Below are positions 47,011 to 60,452 of a stretch of 64,000 bases of DNA, piece after piece. A program made the position numbers and the translations under genes. Under the pieces are notes generated by a model. It had not been told where the DNA came from, ran no database searches, and saw only the letters and a program-made list of their open reading frames with translations. The stretch is from Hemiscyllium ocellatum (lineage: Eukaryota). The stretch lies in the NCBI RefSeq assembly GCF_020745735.1, contig NW_026867476.1:3020427-3084426 (forward strand), written 5' to 3'. Numbering within the stretch: the stretch's first letter is position 1; each line of letters begins with the position of its first letter.

Positions 47011-47419
47011 ACATTATAAGACACCCAAGGATAAAGATAGAGGTGTCTAGTAAATATGGGAAGCAACAACTTATTAGCTAAAGAATCCTAACAGTAGGTG
47101 TAACCACAAATTTAGTAGAACTAATCAAAGATCAATATTTGAATCACTTTTAATAAGGAATTTAAAAGGTTCCTGAAGTGATGGGCAAGTATCCAATGAA
47201 TTGGCAGTTATGACGGTGCAGCTGGTAAACGTTACTTGAATACAGGATCAATCGTGAAAGAGCCTCAAGTAGGGAGATAAGAAAGTCTGGGAAACGTCAC
47301 CAAAGTCCTGGGGTGGACCACAAGCCTGTCCATCTCTTTGTCGTTCAGTGAAACGATTAGCTTCATTGGAAATACATTGAGGTCAGCTGAAACTGCACAA
47401 GATGCTGCACCAGAATCAT

Positions 47420-48520
47420 AGAGGATTTGAGCTATAGGGAGAGGCTGAATAGGCTGGGGTTGTTTTCCCTGGAGCATTGGAGGCTGAGGGGTCACCTCAG
47501 CAGTTGATAAAATCATGAAGGGCATGGACAGGGTAAACAGACAAAGTCTTTTCCCTGAGGTGGGCAAGTCCAGAACTAGAGGGCACAGGTATAGGGTGAG
47601 AGGGGAAAGGGACAACTTTTTCAGGCAGAGGGTGGCGAGTGTATGGAATGAGCTGCCAGAGGAAGTGGTGGAGGCAGCTACAATTACAGCATTTAAAAGA
47701 CATCTGGATGGGTATATGAATATAGGAAGCGCTTACAAAGATATAGGCAAACGGGACTAGATTAGGTTAGGATATCTGGTCCGTGTGGATGCGTTGGACC
47801 AAAGGGTCTACTTCTGTGCTGTATATCTCTATGACTTTAATTGGAACTAGCTGGGTGGGCACCATGGACCAATTTAGACTGAAGGGCCTGTTTCCATGCT
47901 GTCTTACTCTATGAATCTAACTGGGCCATGGACTGAGGAATGGTAGATGGAGTTTAGATCAATGCAACGTGTTGCATTTTGGTGATCAAACCAGGCCAGG
48001 ATGTACACATGAATTGTTAGAGACCTAGAGGTGCAGGTGCATAGTTCTTTGAATGTGGACTCAGAGGTAGACAGGGCGGTGAAGATGGCTTTCGGCATGC
48101 TTGCGCTGAATGTAGGACCATCCTGTGGAGAGAAATCAGAGTTTATGTTTCGGGTCCGATGACCATTCCTCAAAACTGGACCCAAAACGTTAACTCTGAT
48201 TTCTCTCCACAGGTGCTGGCAAACCTGCTGAGCTTTTTCAGCAGCTTCTGTTTTTGTTTCTGATTTCCAGTGTACAGTTTTCTTGGTATTTATTGAGTAC
48301 TGGAGTTGGAACATCTTATTGCAGCTTTACAAGACGTTGGTGAGGCCACTTTCAGAGTACTGCCTGCAGTTCTGGTCACCCAGAAAGGACGTTATTAAAC
48401 TAGAAAGGGTGCAGAAAAGATTTACTCGGATGATACCGGGTCTGGAAAGTTTGAGTTATAGGGAGAGGCTGGATAGACTGGGATGTTTTTCCTCTGGAAA
48501 CTGAAGGGTACTCTTATAGA
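47420..48520 (+). mobile_element. Two CR1 3' fragments with a PLE hairpin insertion (~48120-48280)
   Basis: RVASVWNELPEEVVEA; LYKTLVRPLSEYCLQFWSP; inverted repeat tgtggagagaaatcagagtt/aactctgatttctctccaca. Confidence 0.7.
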
Positions 48521-50182
48521 GGTAGATGTACAGTAATAGGGGAATGGGTCTGGGTGGGATACTCTTCAGGTCAGTGTGAATTCTTTGGGCCAAAGGGCCT
48601 GTTTCCACACTGTAGAGATTCTATGATCCAAAAACCCATCCATATACCTTTTAAATGTTGCTTTTGTACCTGCCTCAACCACTTTCTCTGACAACCCACT
48701 TCACATATCACCCTCTGCGTGAAGAAGTTTCCTTCAGGTCCTTCCTGAGTCTTTCCCCTCTCACCACAAACCGGTCCCCTCTAATCTTCAATTCCCCATC
48801 CCTGGGGAAAAAGACGACATGGGTAAGGTTGATCATACAAAGGGCAACCGACTGACACTGGCGTAGTTGGCATACACCTGTCATGTTTTGTTCTGGAAAT
48901 AAATCTAGACCATGTAAGGATTGGCTCCAGTTTCTCCCTCCCCTCTGTAAGGTTGTCAGAGTTGTAACAATAGGAGCAGAGATTCATTGACCGACAGTGA
49001 AGTTCGGAACTGACGTGAAATAAAATTTCAGACGGAATCTTTCAATTCCAGTGGCGTTTGAGACAAGAGGCGGAAAGTAAGTGGAAATTGCCAGGATCTT
49101 GATTGGCAGCTGAGTCCGAGTTCGATTCCTCCCTCGGACCGACTGTGTTATCCCCCGTGTCTGTGTGGGTTTCCTCCGAATGCTCCAGTTCCCTCCCTCA
49201 ACCCAAAGATGTGCTAGTTAGGGTGAATTGGCCATACTTAATTGCCCCATTGTGTTCAAGAATGTGTAGGTACGGTGCATTAGTCGGGGTAAATGTAGAA
49301 CAATAAGATGGGTTTGGGTGGGTTACTCTTCAGAGGGTCAGTATGGATTGTTGGGCCGAAGGGCCTGTTTCCACACTGTAGAGATTCTATGATTCTTCTA
49401 CAATTCACACAACCATCGGTAGGATGAAGTGGCCAAGTCCCTACCCCAGAGGGAGCAAGACATGGCCTTGGCATCACCACTTTCTGATGGACACTAATAT
49501 TAGAGACAATTTTGGGAGCTGGACATCTGTCAGTTAGACGTTGAAGAATCTTTGGCTTTTCAATACGGTTTATGAATGAGATTTACAAGAAGAAGGGTGA
49601 CCTTATACAGGTTTACAAAATCATGAGGGATGTGGACGAATAATTAAGGTCCTTAACACCCCCCCCACAACCCCCACCCCAGGATGGAGGAGTCCAGAAC
49701 CATGGAGTGTGGATCCAACGCCAGAGAGGAAAGACACAAAAGGGACACAATGGGCAACCCACACTCCCCCCACCCAGATGGTCGTGCACACACAAAATGA
49801 GCCACTAGAGGAAGTGGTGGAGGCCAGCACAACCACAAAATTCAGAATGGACCAATGGGAACAGCTTGGGCGTGGCCAGCGCACTCAAACCACATTTTCT
49901 ACTTTTATTTTAGATTTTTGTCTTAAGCAGGAGGAGTTGGAAGCTTCAGTGAGCGTCTCTTGGCTGCTACTCTCTCTGAATTTGCTCTTGTTGGTTTGTT
50001 CCTCCTGGAGATCTTGATGTGAAAGTCTGTGTTGGAATTGCCTTTTTGTCAAAAGGGGTGTGTTTAATGGGACATTACTGTATCGGAATACATAGTTAGT
50101 AACAGTTGCCGTGTGTCTATTAAGTTTCCAGTCTGTGGAGTTATCCTAAATTCCTCCCTTTGGCTGTACTTTAATGACAGCT

Positions 50183-53100
50183 TTTTTTAATAATCTATTT
50201 TTATTAAGAAAAAATAGATTTTTAAATATTACAACAAATACAAAACAATGCAATTCAAAACAGTATAAAAATAGTACAAAACTAAACCCAAATAATAAAA
50301 AAAATTCCCCAACCCACCCTCCTATACGAATGTATAAACATATATAGAGAAGTATAAAATTTAAAAAAAACTAAACTATATATTTAACTAAATAAATAAA
50401 TAAATACCTAACAACAAACAAATAAATAATAATAACTCAGCCCAGCCAAACACAATACTCATACATTCACAGTTCCTCCTCCCTGGATATTGGACTCATG
50501 AAACACAATTGTTACGGTTATATAAAAGCCCTTGTTAGTGTGGCAGATAAATCTGTGTCCAGGTATTTCAAAAAGGGTTGCCATGTCTTGTAAAAATTCT
50601 CAGTTTTGTGGTGTACCATATTTGTGAGAAAATCCAGGGGAATATGCTCCATAACAATCTTCCGCCAACCCGACAGGCCTGTGGTTTTTTCGGATATCCA
50701 ACCTAGCAAGATATTCTTCCTTGCACAGAACGTAAGAATATTGAAAGGTTTTTTCCGAATGCGCTTCTGCAGGAAATACAGGCCCAAGAGAAATAGGGTC
50801 CTTCTCCACCCCTACACCTAAAATCCTCTCCATTGCGCCCACCACAGCGCTCCAATATGTTTGAAGCTTGTCACAAGACAAAGACAATGGGTAAGAGTGC
50901 CCGTGCAGACCTCGCACTTGGGACATGCTGAAGATATCCCTGGTTTAAATTTTGACAAACAGTCTGGGGCTAAGTGGACCCTGTGGAGAATCTTCAACTG
51001 TAAAGCATGGGTCCTATTGCAATTGATATCTTCCTTGCATTCTCCGAAATCTCCTCCCATGCCTCTGAAGAAACTTCAACACCCAGCTCTCTTTCCATAA
51101 GACATAGGAGTGGACGTAGGGCCATTTGGCCCATCGAGTCCACTCCGCCATTCAAGCATGGCTAATGGGCATTTCAACTCCACTTACCAGCATTCTCCCC
51201 ATAGCCCTTAATTCCTCGTGACATCAAGAATCTATCAATCTCTGCCTTGAAGACATTTAGCGTCCCAGCCTCCACTGCACTCTGCGGCAATGAATTCCAC
51301 AGGCCCACCACTCTCTGGCTGAAGAAATGTCTCCACATTTCTGTTCTGAATTGACCCCCTCTAATTCTAAGGCTGTGTCCACGGGTCCTAGTCTCCTCGC
51401 CTAACAGAAACAATTTCCTAGCGTCCACCCTTTCCAAGCCATGTATTATTTTGTAAGTTTCCATTAAGTCTCCCCTTGATCTTCTAAACTCCAATGAATA
51501 CAATCCCAGGATCCTCAGCCATTTTCCCACATCTTGCAGAGTTGATCAGACTCATCTGAGGTGGCACCCCCCAATTGGTGATATAAAGTACTGACAGAGA
51601 GTGTACTCTTAGCCCTTGGTACCCCTCTTTCTATGTCAGATTTGTAGGGATCAGTCAAAAGTGTGGTCTTTTTTTGAATAAAATCCCTAACTTGAAAAAA
51701 CGAAAGAGGTCTCTATTAGGTAATTCGTACTTCCGTACTAACTGATCGAAGGGTATCAGTATATCTCCCTCAAATAAATCACCCATGCAAGATAAAGCCC
51801 TAGCTGCCCAATGTTTAAATCATGAATCTATCATACCCGGTTGAAAACTCAGCATACCCACTAAAGGTGTAAACAAAGATGTTTTGCCAATATTGCCTTC
51901 CCTCTGTCAAATTCCCTCCGTGATGACTATTGGGTTATGGCAATATTTCTTAACTGTCCTCATCTTGTCCAATAACAGCAAACTGGTAAAGGGGCACCTT
52001 GCCTAGGAGGCTTTGATATCTAGCCATATTGAAAGAGGGTCCCCACAAACTCAATCACTCACGTAGGTCAAAAGCGAGCTTAATTGGTAATTTTTAATGT
52101 CTGGAAAGTCTACTCTCCCCAATCTGTGAGGCAACTGTAGTTTGGCTAATTTAATGAGGGGCCGTTTACGGTGCCAGATAAAGGAGCTGAACCAACTGTT
52201 CAGTCTCTTGAGTGTTTGTTTGTTGAAAATCAATGGGAGCATCCGTATAGGGTATAGCAAATGAGGGAGAATATTCATCTTAATAAGCACTGTCCAACCC
52301 AACCATGAGACTGGAAGTGCCTCCCATCTTTGGAGATCTTGTTTAATTTTTTCAAATAATTGAGTAAAATTGGCTTTGAACATCCAATCCAGAATAGAGT
52401 AGTAAATATGCCCAAACACACAAAACCCCGCTGTGACCACCTAAATGGGAATCTATAGTCACTCTCTTTCCTAAGACCACCCATAGGCAAAGCCTCTGAT
52501 TTAGCAAAATTAATCTTGTACCGTGAAAAAGCACCAAACGTGTGAATGCATTGTATCAGCTGAAACTGCTGGATTTGTCAAGAAAATTAAAACATCGTCT
52601 GCATATAGTGAGATCTTATGTAATTTTGACCCCACTTCTGGAGCTGATATATTGAGATTCCCACGAATGGCATCTGCCAACGGTTCAATCACTAACGTAA
52701 AAAGTAATGGTGAGAGGGGACAGCCCTGCCGGCTGCCCCTAGAAATATTAAAATTGCTTGATCGTACCCTGTTGGTAATGACCGCCATGAGAGGTACACT
52801 GTAGAGAACCTTTACCCATCTTTTGAAAACTTGGCCCAGACCAAACCGGTCTAGAGTATAGAAAAGGTACGGCCACTCAACTCGGTCAAATGCCTTCTCT
52901 GCATCTAAAGAAATCACCAATCCCTGTATTGACTGCTTTGGCATGCTTGAATTATGTTAACCAGCCTCCTAACATTATTGGAGGATCTGCGACCCTTTAT
53001 GAAGCCCGTCTGATCCTCTTTAATAATATAGGGTAACAGTCTCCAGCCTTAACGCGAGAGCCTTAGAGAGGATCTTAAAGTCCACATTTAAGAGCGAGAT

Positions 53101-55424
53101 GGGCCTGTATGAAGCACAGTCTTCCGGATCTTTCCCTTTTTTAAGGATAAGTGAAATATTGGCCTCTCTCAGAGATGGTGGGAGACAACCATGACTGTAT
53201 GAATCATTAAACATATTCAGCATCGGGCCTGACAGTTTACTTATAGAATTCACTGGGAAGTCCATTAGGACCAGGTGCCTTTCCACTCTGAAGCTGCCTC
53301 ACAGCTTCCTGCACTTCTTGCTCTGATAATGGGGCATTGAGAAAGGACTGTTGCTCGGGAGTCACACCCGGGAGCTTCAGATCTCTAAAAAAGGATTCCA
53401 TTTTGGCCTGCCCCTCCTCACAACTCTCAGACTGATATAACTTAGAGGAGAATCTCTGGAACGCCACATTAATCTTTTTAGAATCACATGTTAGGTTCCC
53501 AGACCCTTCCCTAATCGCTGTAATGGTTTGTGGGGCAGTTCTCTTTCTGGCAAGGTATGCTAAGTATTTGCCTGGCTTGTCACCATGCTCGTATAACCTT
53601 TGCTTTGCAAAAGCCAGCTCCTTCTTTGCTGTCTCCGTGTGCACAAAATTTAGTGCAGACCGCAGTGCCGTAATCCTCTGTAGTTTGACCAACGAGGGTC
53701 TGTCAAAATAGGCCTTCTCGGCTGCCTTCAACTGTGCTTCACGGAGGCGTTGATGCTCACCCTTCTGCCGCTTCCTACTGGTGGAATATGAAATAACTAA
53801 CTCCTTGGCATAAGCTTTGGCAGCTTCCCAGAGAACAGATGAGAACCGAGCCTATGTTGATGTCTAAGAATGCCCGAAATTCCCTAGAGAAATACTCCAC
53901 AAACTTACTGTCCATGAGAATGAAGGGGTCCATTTGCCAGTACCTTGAATCCACTGTAACATCCTTAATTTTAACCATGAGGTACACTGGAGCATGATCA
54001 GAGATGGCAATATTACCAATCGTACAGGATGCCACCAGATCCAGGGTTACTGCAGGGGTCAGAAAAAAATCAATCCTCGAGTGACATCTACGCGGATTGG
54101 AGAAAAATGTGAAATCCCTACCTGTAGGGTGGAGACACCTCCAGACATCCACCAACCCTAATTCCCCACACAAACCCAATAACTGTTAGTTTGTGCAGAG
54201 GGTATCGAGGGATTTTTAGACAACCTGTCTACTGTGGGGTCCATGAGGCAGTTAAAATCTCCCCCTATAATGATATGTCAAGACTTGAGACTTCTCAGTT
54301 TAGAAAAAGCATTTACCAAGAATTTTTAAGAGGATGAGCTGGGGGACAATAAACATTTAAAATACTATATTCTTCCCCATTTATCAAGGCTTTTAAGAAT
54401 TACAAACCTCCTGTATGTGTCTTTAACACATTGCAACAATTTAAATGAGAGATTTTTCCTAACCAATATAGCCACTCCCCTATTTCTGGTATTAAATGAT
54501 GAAAAATAAATTTGGTCAAAGCCATTCTGCTGTAATTTCAGATGGTCCTTGTCATCCAAATGTGTCTCCTGTAACAAAGCAATATCCACCTCCTTCTTTC
54601 TAAGACTCAAGGGTACCTTCTTCCTCTTAATTGGTGAGTGACTTCCCTTGATATTCCAGGTACACCATTTAATCAAATCATTAGCCATAATCTCCAGCAA
54701 TTACATTTAAATTCCAGAGAGGAGGAACCCGAACCACAAATTGCTGAGTCTTAGTGTCGCATGGTCCACCAAATATAAAAACTACATAAACTAAAACTAC
54801 TACATTTAACAAACATACAAAATTATTAAAAATAAAAAACAATAAAAACCAGAAAACAAACTAACATATAAAGCACCAATAGCACTGAGTAGGGGAACTC
54901 ACCCCCTGCCCGGAGGGGGCAACTACCCGTCTCGAACTGCCCATAAATAGGCATGTAACCATCTCAAACTCCTTCACTTCTCCCATCTAGAGCCGCATCG
55001 CAAGCACAATCCCCTGGAGTCTGGAAGCCTCCATGACTCTCTCCTTATCCCGGTAATGATGGAACCACACCAGGAAAGGACGAGGGGGTTGACCCAGACC
55101 TGACCTCCACGCTGCAACCCGGTGAGCCCTCTCTATCTTCAATCCTCTCATGCCAGTCTCCAAGTCAAGGAATTTCGGAAGCCAATCTTCAACAAATTCC
55201 GCAGGCCGCTCACCTTCCTTACCCTCAGGCAGACCGACGATCCGAATGTTTTTTCTCCTGCCTGTTTTCAAGATCATCCATTTGGTCACGCAAATTACGA
55301 ACCTGCATCTTCAGGGCTTGGATCTCATCCTTGAATGAACTGGCATCAGCTTCCACCACTGTGACCCTGTGCTCCATCTCATCCGTCCTCTTTTCCAGGT
55401 CTCCCAGCTGCTGCTCATGCTTCT
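50183..55424 (-). mobile_element. L1 (LINE-1 clade, fish type), decayed; 5' part of ORF1 missing
   Basis: ORF1 RRKNIRIVGLPEG..IERAHRV; ORF2 endonuclease WNIKG..LLQETHL, SRIDFFL, ISDHAPV; RT SLDAEKAFDRVEW, GSRQGCPLSPLLF, LYADD; C-terminal CPKC..GTLTH; AATAAA and A-tail at ~50183-50205. Confidence 0.92.
51097..51521 (-). mobile_element. 5'-truncated CR1 nested in the L1
   Basis: LRILGLYSLEFRRSRGDL...VVGLWNSLPQSAVEA; CR1 3' UTR. Confidence 0.85.
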
Positions 55425-55522
55425 AACCTAATAATAAGACCCGTTGTGGTAAGCAGGTAAGTGCTGCATTTTGCTTGTTTGTTTCTTTAGACCTAGTTTT
55501 TTAAAGTTTACCTTTTAGAGAG

Positions 55523-56448
55523 ATGGCAGCGAAGGCAGTGCAATGTTCCTCTTGCAACATGTATGAGGTGAGGGAAGCCATTAGCGTCCCTGCTGATTAC
55601 ACTTGCAAGAAGTGCACCCATCTCCAGCTCCTCCAAGACCGTTTTAGGGAACTGGAGCTGGAGTTGGATGAACTGTGGATCATTCAGGAGGCAGAGGTGG
55701 TCATAGATCAGAGCTTTAGGGAAGTAGTTACTCCGAAAGTTATAGACAGATGGGTGACAGTGAGGGGGAGTGGGAGGAAGCAGCCAGTGCAGGACCCCCT
55801 GCGGTCATTCCCCTCAAGAACAAGTATACCGTTTTGGATACTTGTGGGGGGGATGACTTACCAGGGGTAAGCAACAAGGTTCAGGCCTCTGGCACAGAGC
55901 CTGTCCCCGTTGCTCAGAAGGGAAGGGTGGAGAAAGGTAGAGCGATAGTTATTGGGGACTCAATAGTGAGGGGCACAGATAGGCGGTTTTGCGGGGACAA
56001 CAGAGACTCACGATTGGTATGTTGCCTCCCAGGTGCAAGGGTACGTGATGTCTCTGATCGTGTTTTCCGGGTCCTTAAGGGGGAGGGGGAGCAGCCCCAG
56101 ATCGTGGTCCAAGTTGGAACCAACGACATAGGTAGGAAGAGGGGTGAGGATGTTAGGCAGGCTTTCAAGGAGCTAGGTTGGAAGCTCAGAGCTAGAACGA
56201 ACAGAGTTGTTGTCTCTGGTTTGTTACCCGTGCCACGTGATAGAGAGTCGAGGAATAGGGAGAGAGAACAGTCAAATGCGTGGCTACAGGGATGGTGCAG
56301 GAGGGAGGGATTCCGGTTTCTGGACAACTGGGGTTCTTTCTGGGAAAGGTGGGACTTCTATAAACAGGATGGTCTACACCTGAACCTGAGGGGCACCAGT
56401 ATCCTTGGGGGGAGGTTTGCTAGTGCTCTTTGGGAGGGTTTAAACTAA
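55523..56448 (+). pseudogene. CR1 ORF1: CxxC...CxxC zinc finger, coiled coil, SGNH/GDSL esterase; one frameshift at ~55790
   Basis: CSSCNM...CKKC; IVIGDSIVRG, VGTNDI, QDGLHLN esterase blocks. Confidence 0.9.
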
Positions 56449-59330
56449 CTCTGCAGGGGCATGGGAACCTGGACTGTAGCTTTAGGATACAAGGCCTTGA
56501 GTGTAGGGAGGTTAGGAATAAGGCATCGATCTCAAAGGAGGGTGCCTGTAAACAGGAAGGTGGCTTGAAGTGTGTATACTTCAATGCCAGAAGTATAAGA
56601 AATAAGGTAGGTGAACTTGCAGCGTGGGTTGGTACCTGGGACTTCGATGTTGTGGCGAGTAGAGAGACGTGGGTAGAACAAGGACAGGAATGGCTGTTGC
56701 AGGTTCCAGGGTTTAAATGTTTTAGCAGGGTCAGAGATGGGGGTAAAAGAAGGGGAGGTGTGGCATTGCTTGTCAAGGATAGTATTACAGCGGTGGAAAG
56801 GACGATGAAGGAAGACTTGCCATCTGAGGTAGTTTGGGCTGAGGTTAGAAATAGGAAAGGTGAGGTCACCCTGTTAGGAGTTTTCTACAGGCCTCCTAAT
56901 AGTCCGAGAGAAGTAGAGGAAAGTATTGCAAGGATGATTCAGGAGAAGAGTGAAAGTAGCAGGGTGGTTGTTATGGGGGACTTTAACTTCCCAGATATTG
57001 ACTGGGAAAGCTATAGCTCGAGTTCGTTAGATGGGTCGGTGTTTGTCCAATGTGTGCAGGAGGGTTTCCTGACACAATATGTAGACAGGCCAACAAGAGG
57101 TGAGGCTATACTGGATTTGGTTCTAGGTAATGAACCAGGCCAGGTGTTAGACTTGGAGGTAGGTGAGCACTTTGGGGACAGTGACCACAACTCGGTGACT
57201 TTTACTCTAGTGATGGAGAGGGATAAGTGTGCACTGCAAGGCAAGAGTTATAGCTGGGGGCAGGGAAATTATGATGCGGTGAGGCATGACTTGGGATGCG
57301 TGGATTGGAAAAATAGGCTTCAAGGGAAGAACACAAATGATATGTGGAGATTGTTCAAGGAACAGCTATTGGGTGTCCTTGATAAGTATGTACCAGTCAG
57401 GAAGGGAGTAAAGGGTCTTGTGAGGGAGCCGTGGTTTAATAAGGAATTGGAATCCCTTGTGAAAGGGAAGAGGGCGGCCTATGTAAAGATGAGGCGTGAA
57501 GGTTCAGTTGGGGCGATTGAGAGTTATAAGGTAGCAAGGAAGGATCTAAAGAGAGAGCTAAGAGCAGCGGGAAGGGGACATGAAAAGTCCTTAGTTGGTA
57601 GGATTAGGGTAAACCCAAAGGCTTTCTATAGGTATGTCAGGAATAAAAGGATGACTAGGGTAGGTATCGGTCCAGTCAAGGATAGTAGTGGGAAGTTGTG
57701 CGTGGAGGCGGAGGAGATTGGAGAGACACTAAATCAATACTTTTCGTCAGTATTCACTCAGGAACAGGACACTGTTGCTGATGTGAATATTGAGTCACAA
57801 GTGATTAGAATGGATGGCCTTGAGGTATGTAGGGAAGAGGTCTGGGGAATACTGGAAAGGATGAAAATAGGTAAGTCCCCTGGGCCTGATGGCATTTATC
57901 CTAGGATCCTCTGGGAAGCTAGGGAGGAGATAGCGGAGCCATTGGCCTTGATTTTTATGTCGTCATTGTCTACGGGAGTAGTGCCAGAAGACTGGAGGAT
58001 AGCGAACGTGGTCCCCTTGTTCAAGAAGGGGAGTAGGGATAGCCCAAGTAACTATAGGCCAGTGAGTCTCACTTCTGTTGTGGGCAAAGTCTTAGAGAGA
58101 ATTGTAAGGGATAGGATTTATGAACATCTGGATAGGAATAATGTGATCAAGGATAGTCAGCATGGTTTTGTGAAGGGCAAGTTGTGCCTCACAAACCTTA
58201 TTGAGTTCTTTGAGAAGGTGACCAAGGACGTGGACGAGGGTAAAACAGTAGATGTGGTGTATATGGATTTTAGCAAGGCATTCGATAAGGTACCCCATGG
58301 TAGGCTAATGCAAAAACTACGGAGGTATGGCATTGAGGGTGCATTAGAGGTTAGGATTAGTAATTGGCTGGCTGGAAGGAGACAGAGGGTAGTAGTTGAT
58401 GGTATAGGTTCATCTTGGAGTGCAGTTACTAGCGGTATTCCACAAGGATCTGTTTTGGGACCATTGCAGTTTGTCATTTTTATAAATGACCTGGAGGAGG
58501 GGCTTGAAGGTTGGGTGAGCAAGTTTGCGGATGATACGAAAGTCGGTGGAGTTGTTGACAGTGAGGAAGGATGTGGCAGGTTACAGTGGGATATGGATAA
58601 GCTGCAGAGCTGGACAGAAAGGTGGCAAATGGAGTTCAATGTAGGCAAGTGTGAAGTGATTTACTTTGGTAAGAGTAACAAGAAGATGGGGTACTGGGCT
58701 AATGGTCGGATCCTTGGTAGTGTGGATGAGCAGAGGGATCTTGGGGTCCATGTTTACAGATCTCTGAAAGTTGCCACACAGGTAAATAGTGCTGTGAAGA
58801 AGGCATATGGCGTATTGGCTTTTATTGGTAGAGGAATTGAGTTCTGGAGTCCTGAGGTCATGTTGCAGTTGTATAAGACTCTGGTGCGGCCGCATCTGGA
58901 GTATTGTGTGCAGTTTTGGTTGCCATACTATAGGAAGGATGTGGAGGCACTGGAACGGGTGCAGAGGAGGTTTACCAGGATGTTGCCTGGCATGGTAGGA
59001 AGATCGTATGAGGAAAGGCTGAGGCACTTGGGGCTGTTTTCATTGGAGAAATGAAGGTTTAGGGGTGACTTGATAGAGGTGTACAAGACAATTAGGGGTT
59101 TAGATAGGGTTGACAATGAGAACCTTTTTCCACGTATGGAGTCAGCTATTACGAGGAGGCACAGCTTTAAATTAAGGGGAGGTAGGTATAGGACAGATGT
59201 TACGGGTAGATTCTTTACTCAGCGAGTCGTGAGTTCATGGAATGCCCTGCCAGTAGCAGTGGTGGACTCTCCCTCTTTATGGGCACTTAAACAGGTATTG
59301 GATAGGCATATGGAGGATAGTGGGCTAGGG
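56430..59330 (+). pseudogene. CR1 ORF2 (APE endonuclease + RT); open for 874 codons, premature TGA at 59052-59054
   Basis: YFNARS, RETW, GDFNF, GDSDHN; YRPVSLTS, YMDFSKAFDKVPH, QGSVLGP, FADD; reading continues RFRGDLIEVYK after the stop. Confidence 0.92.
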
Positions 59331-59409
59331 TCAGCGCAACATCGAGGGCCAAAGGGCCTGTACTGCACTGTATTTTTCTATGTTCAAGATCCGGTCTGGT
59401 CCGTAACAA

Positions 59410-59724
59410 TTGTGCAGTAAGGATTCGATCTGACTAACTGGTTCAAGCTCCTTCCACAGCCAAGTACACAGGAAGACTCTCCCTCAGACAGTGTTCCTGG
59501 GAATACTTCCTCTGATGGTCAGTCAAACACTTTCACACTCACCTGTGTGTGTCTCACACTCCATGCGTTTCCAATTGCACTACTTTTGAAGCCAACAGAA
59601 TAGTTAAATGTTTCGCATTTGAGGTCCAGATCTTCAGGTCATGGCGAGTTGAATGACTGTTTTAGATCTGAAATTACTTTTGCTTTCAGACTTCTCTCTG
59701 TAGATCCTTCCCTTCTTGTAATCT
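59410..59724 (-). pseudogene. Remnant of ZNF exon-2 5' region (partner of cassette copy 5)
   Basis: Reverse strand CTTTATACAG|ATTACAAGAAGGGAAGGATCTACAG resembles the acceptor/exon start at 18574 and 2944; decayed finger relic (CGRSLNQ); no MEKPWK ORF. Confidence 0.55.
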
Positions 59725-60452
59725 GTATAAAGAGATTATGAAAGTCAGCGCAGAGATCCAGAACAGACAATTCTGGTTTCCACATCCCCAAAACTAAAAG
59801 ATATTCCTTCACATTCTATTGTCTTATATACCGTAACATTTGATCAGAGACAAACAGGGATGTGAGCACATGCACTGTTTGGATAATCAGACCATCATGG
59901 AATCAGACCCTTCCGTCCAACTAGTCCATGCCAAACATAACCCCAAGCTAAACTTGTCCCACTTGCCTGGTGCTGACCCAATATCCCACCAAGCCTTTCC
60001 AATTCATTTACTTAGCCAAATGCCTTTTAAATGTTGTAATTGTAGCAGCATCCCCACATCCTCTGGCAGTTCATTCCACACATGAACCACTGTGTAAAAA
60101 AAAAAGTTGCCACTTGAGTCTCCTTCACTTTAAAAATGTGCCCCAGGTCTTGAAGTCCCCAACCCTATGGAAAATACACATGCCATTCACTTTATCTATA
60201 CCCCTCACGAATTTATAAACCTCTACCAGGTCACCCTCAATGTCCTAAGCTCCAGTGGGAAAAGTCCCAAACGATCCATCCTATCCCCATAACTCAAACC
60301 CATCTTGGAACCCACTCTACCAGTCAAAGGATCAATGATTTCAAAACTGAATGGGTGTTTGCAACAAAAAAAACTTGCAGGGCTACAGGGGACACAGGGA
60401 TTGGTCTGAACATAAAATATCAAATTAAAACCTTCAGTATCATAATAACCAT

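Larger units (their letters stand above)
55430..59385 (+). mobile_element. Near-full-length CR1 LINE
   Basis: ORF1 (zinc finger + SGNH esterase), ORF2 (endonuclease + RT), 3' UTR ending ttctatgttc. Confidence 0.95.

Noticed and set aside
55750-56448. SGNH esterase as a host or horizontally acquired gene
   Set aside because: An esterase domain is an established part of ORF1 in CR1-clade LINEs, and here it sits directly upstream of CR1 ORF2.
56451-56486. H-type pseudoknot (CCTGGA/TTTAGG as stem 2) after the CR1 slippery site
   Set aside because: Loop 3 would be only 1 nt, too short to span a 6-bp stem; only the hairpin is claimed.
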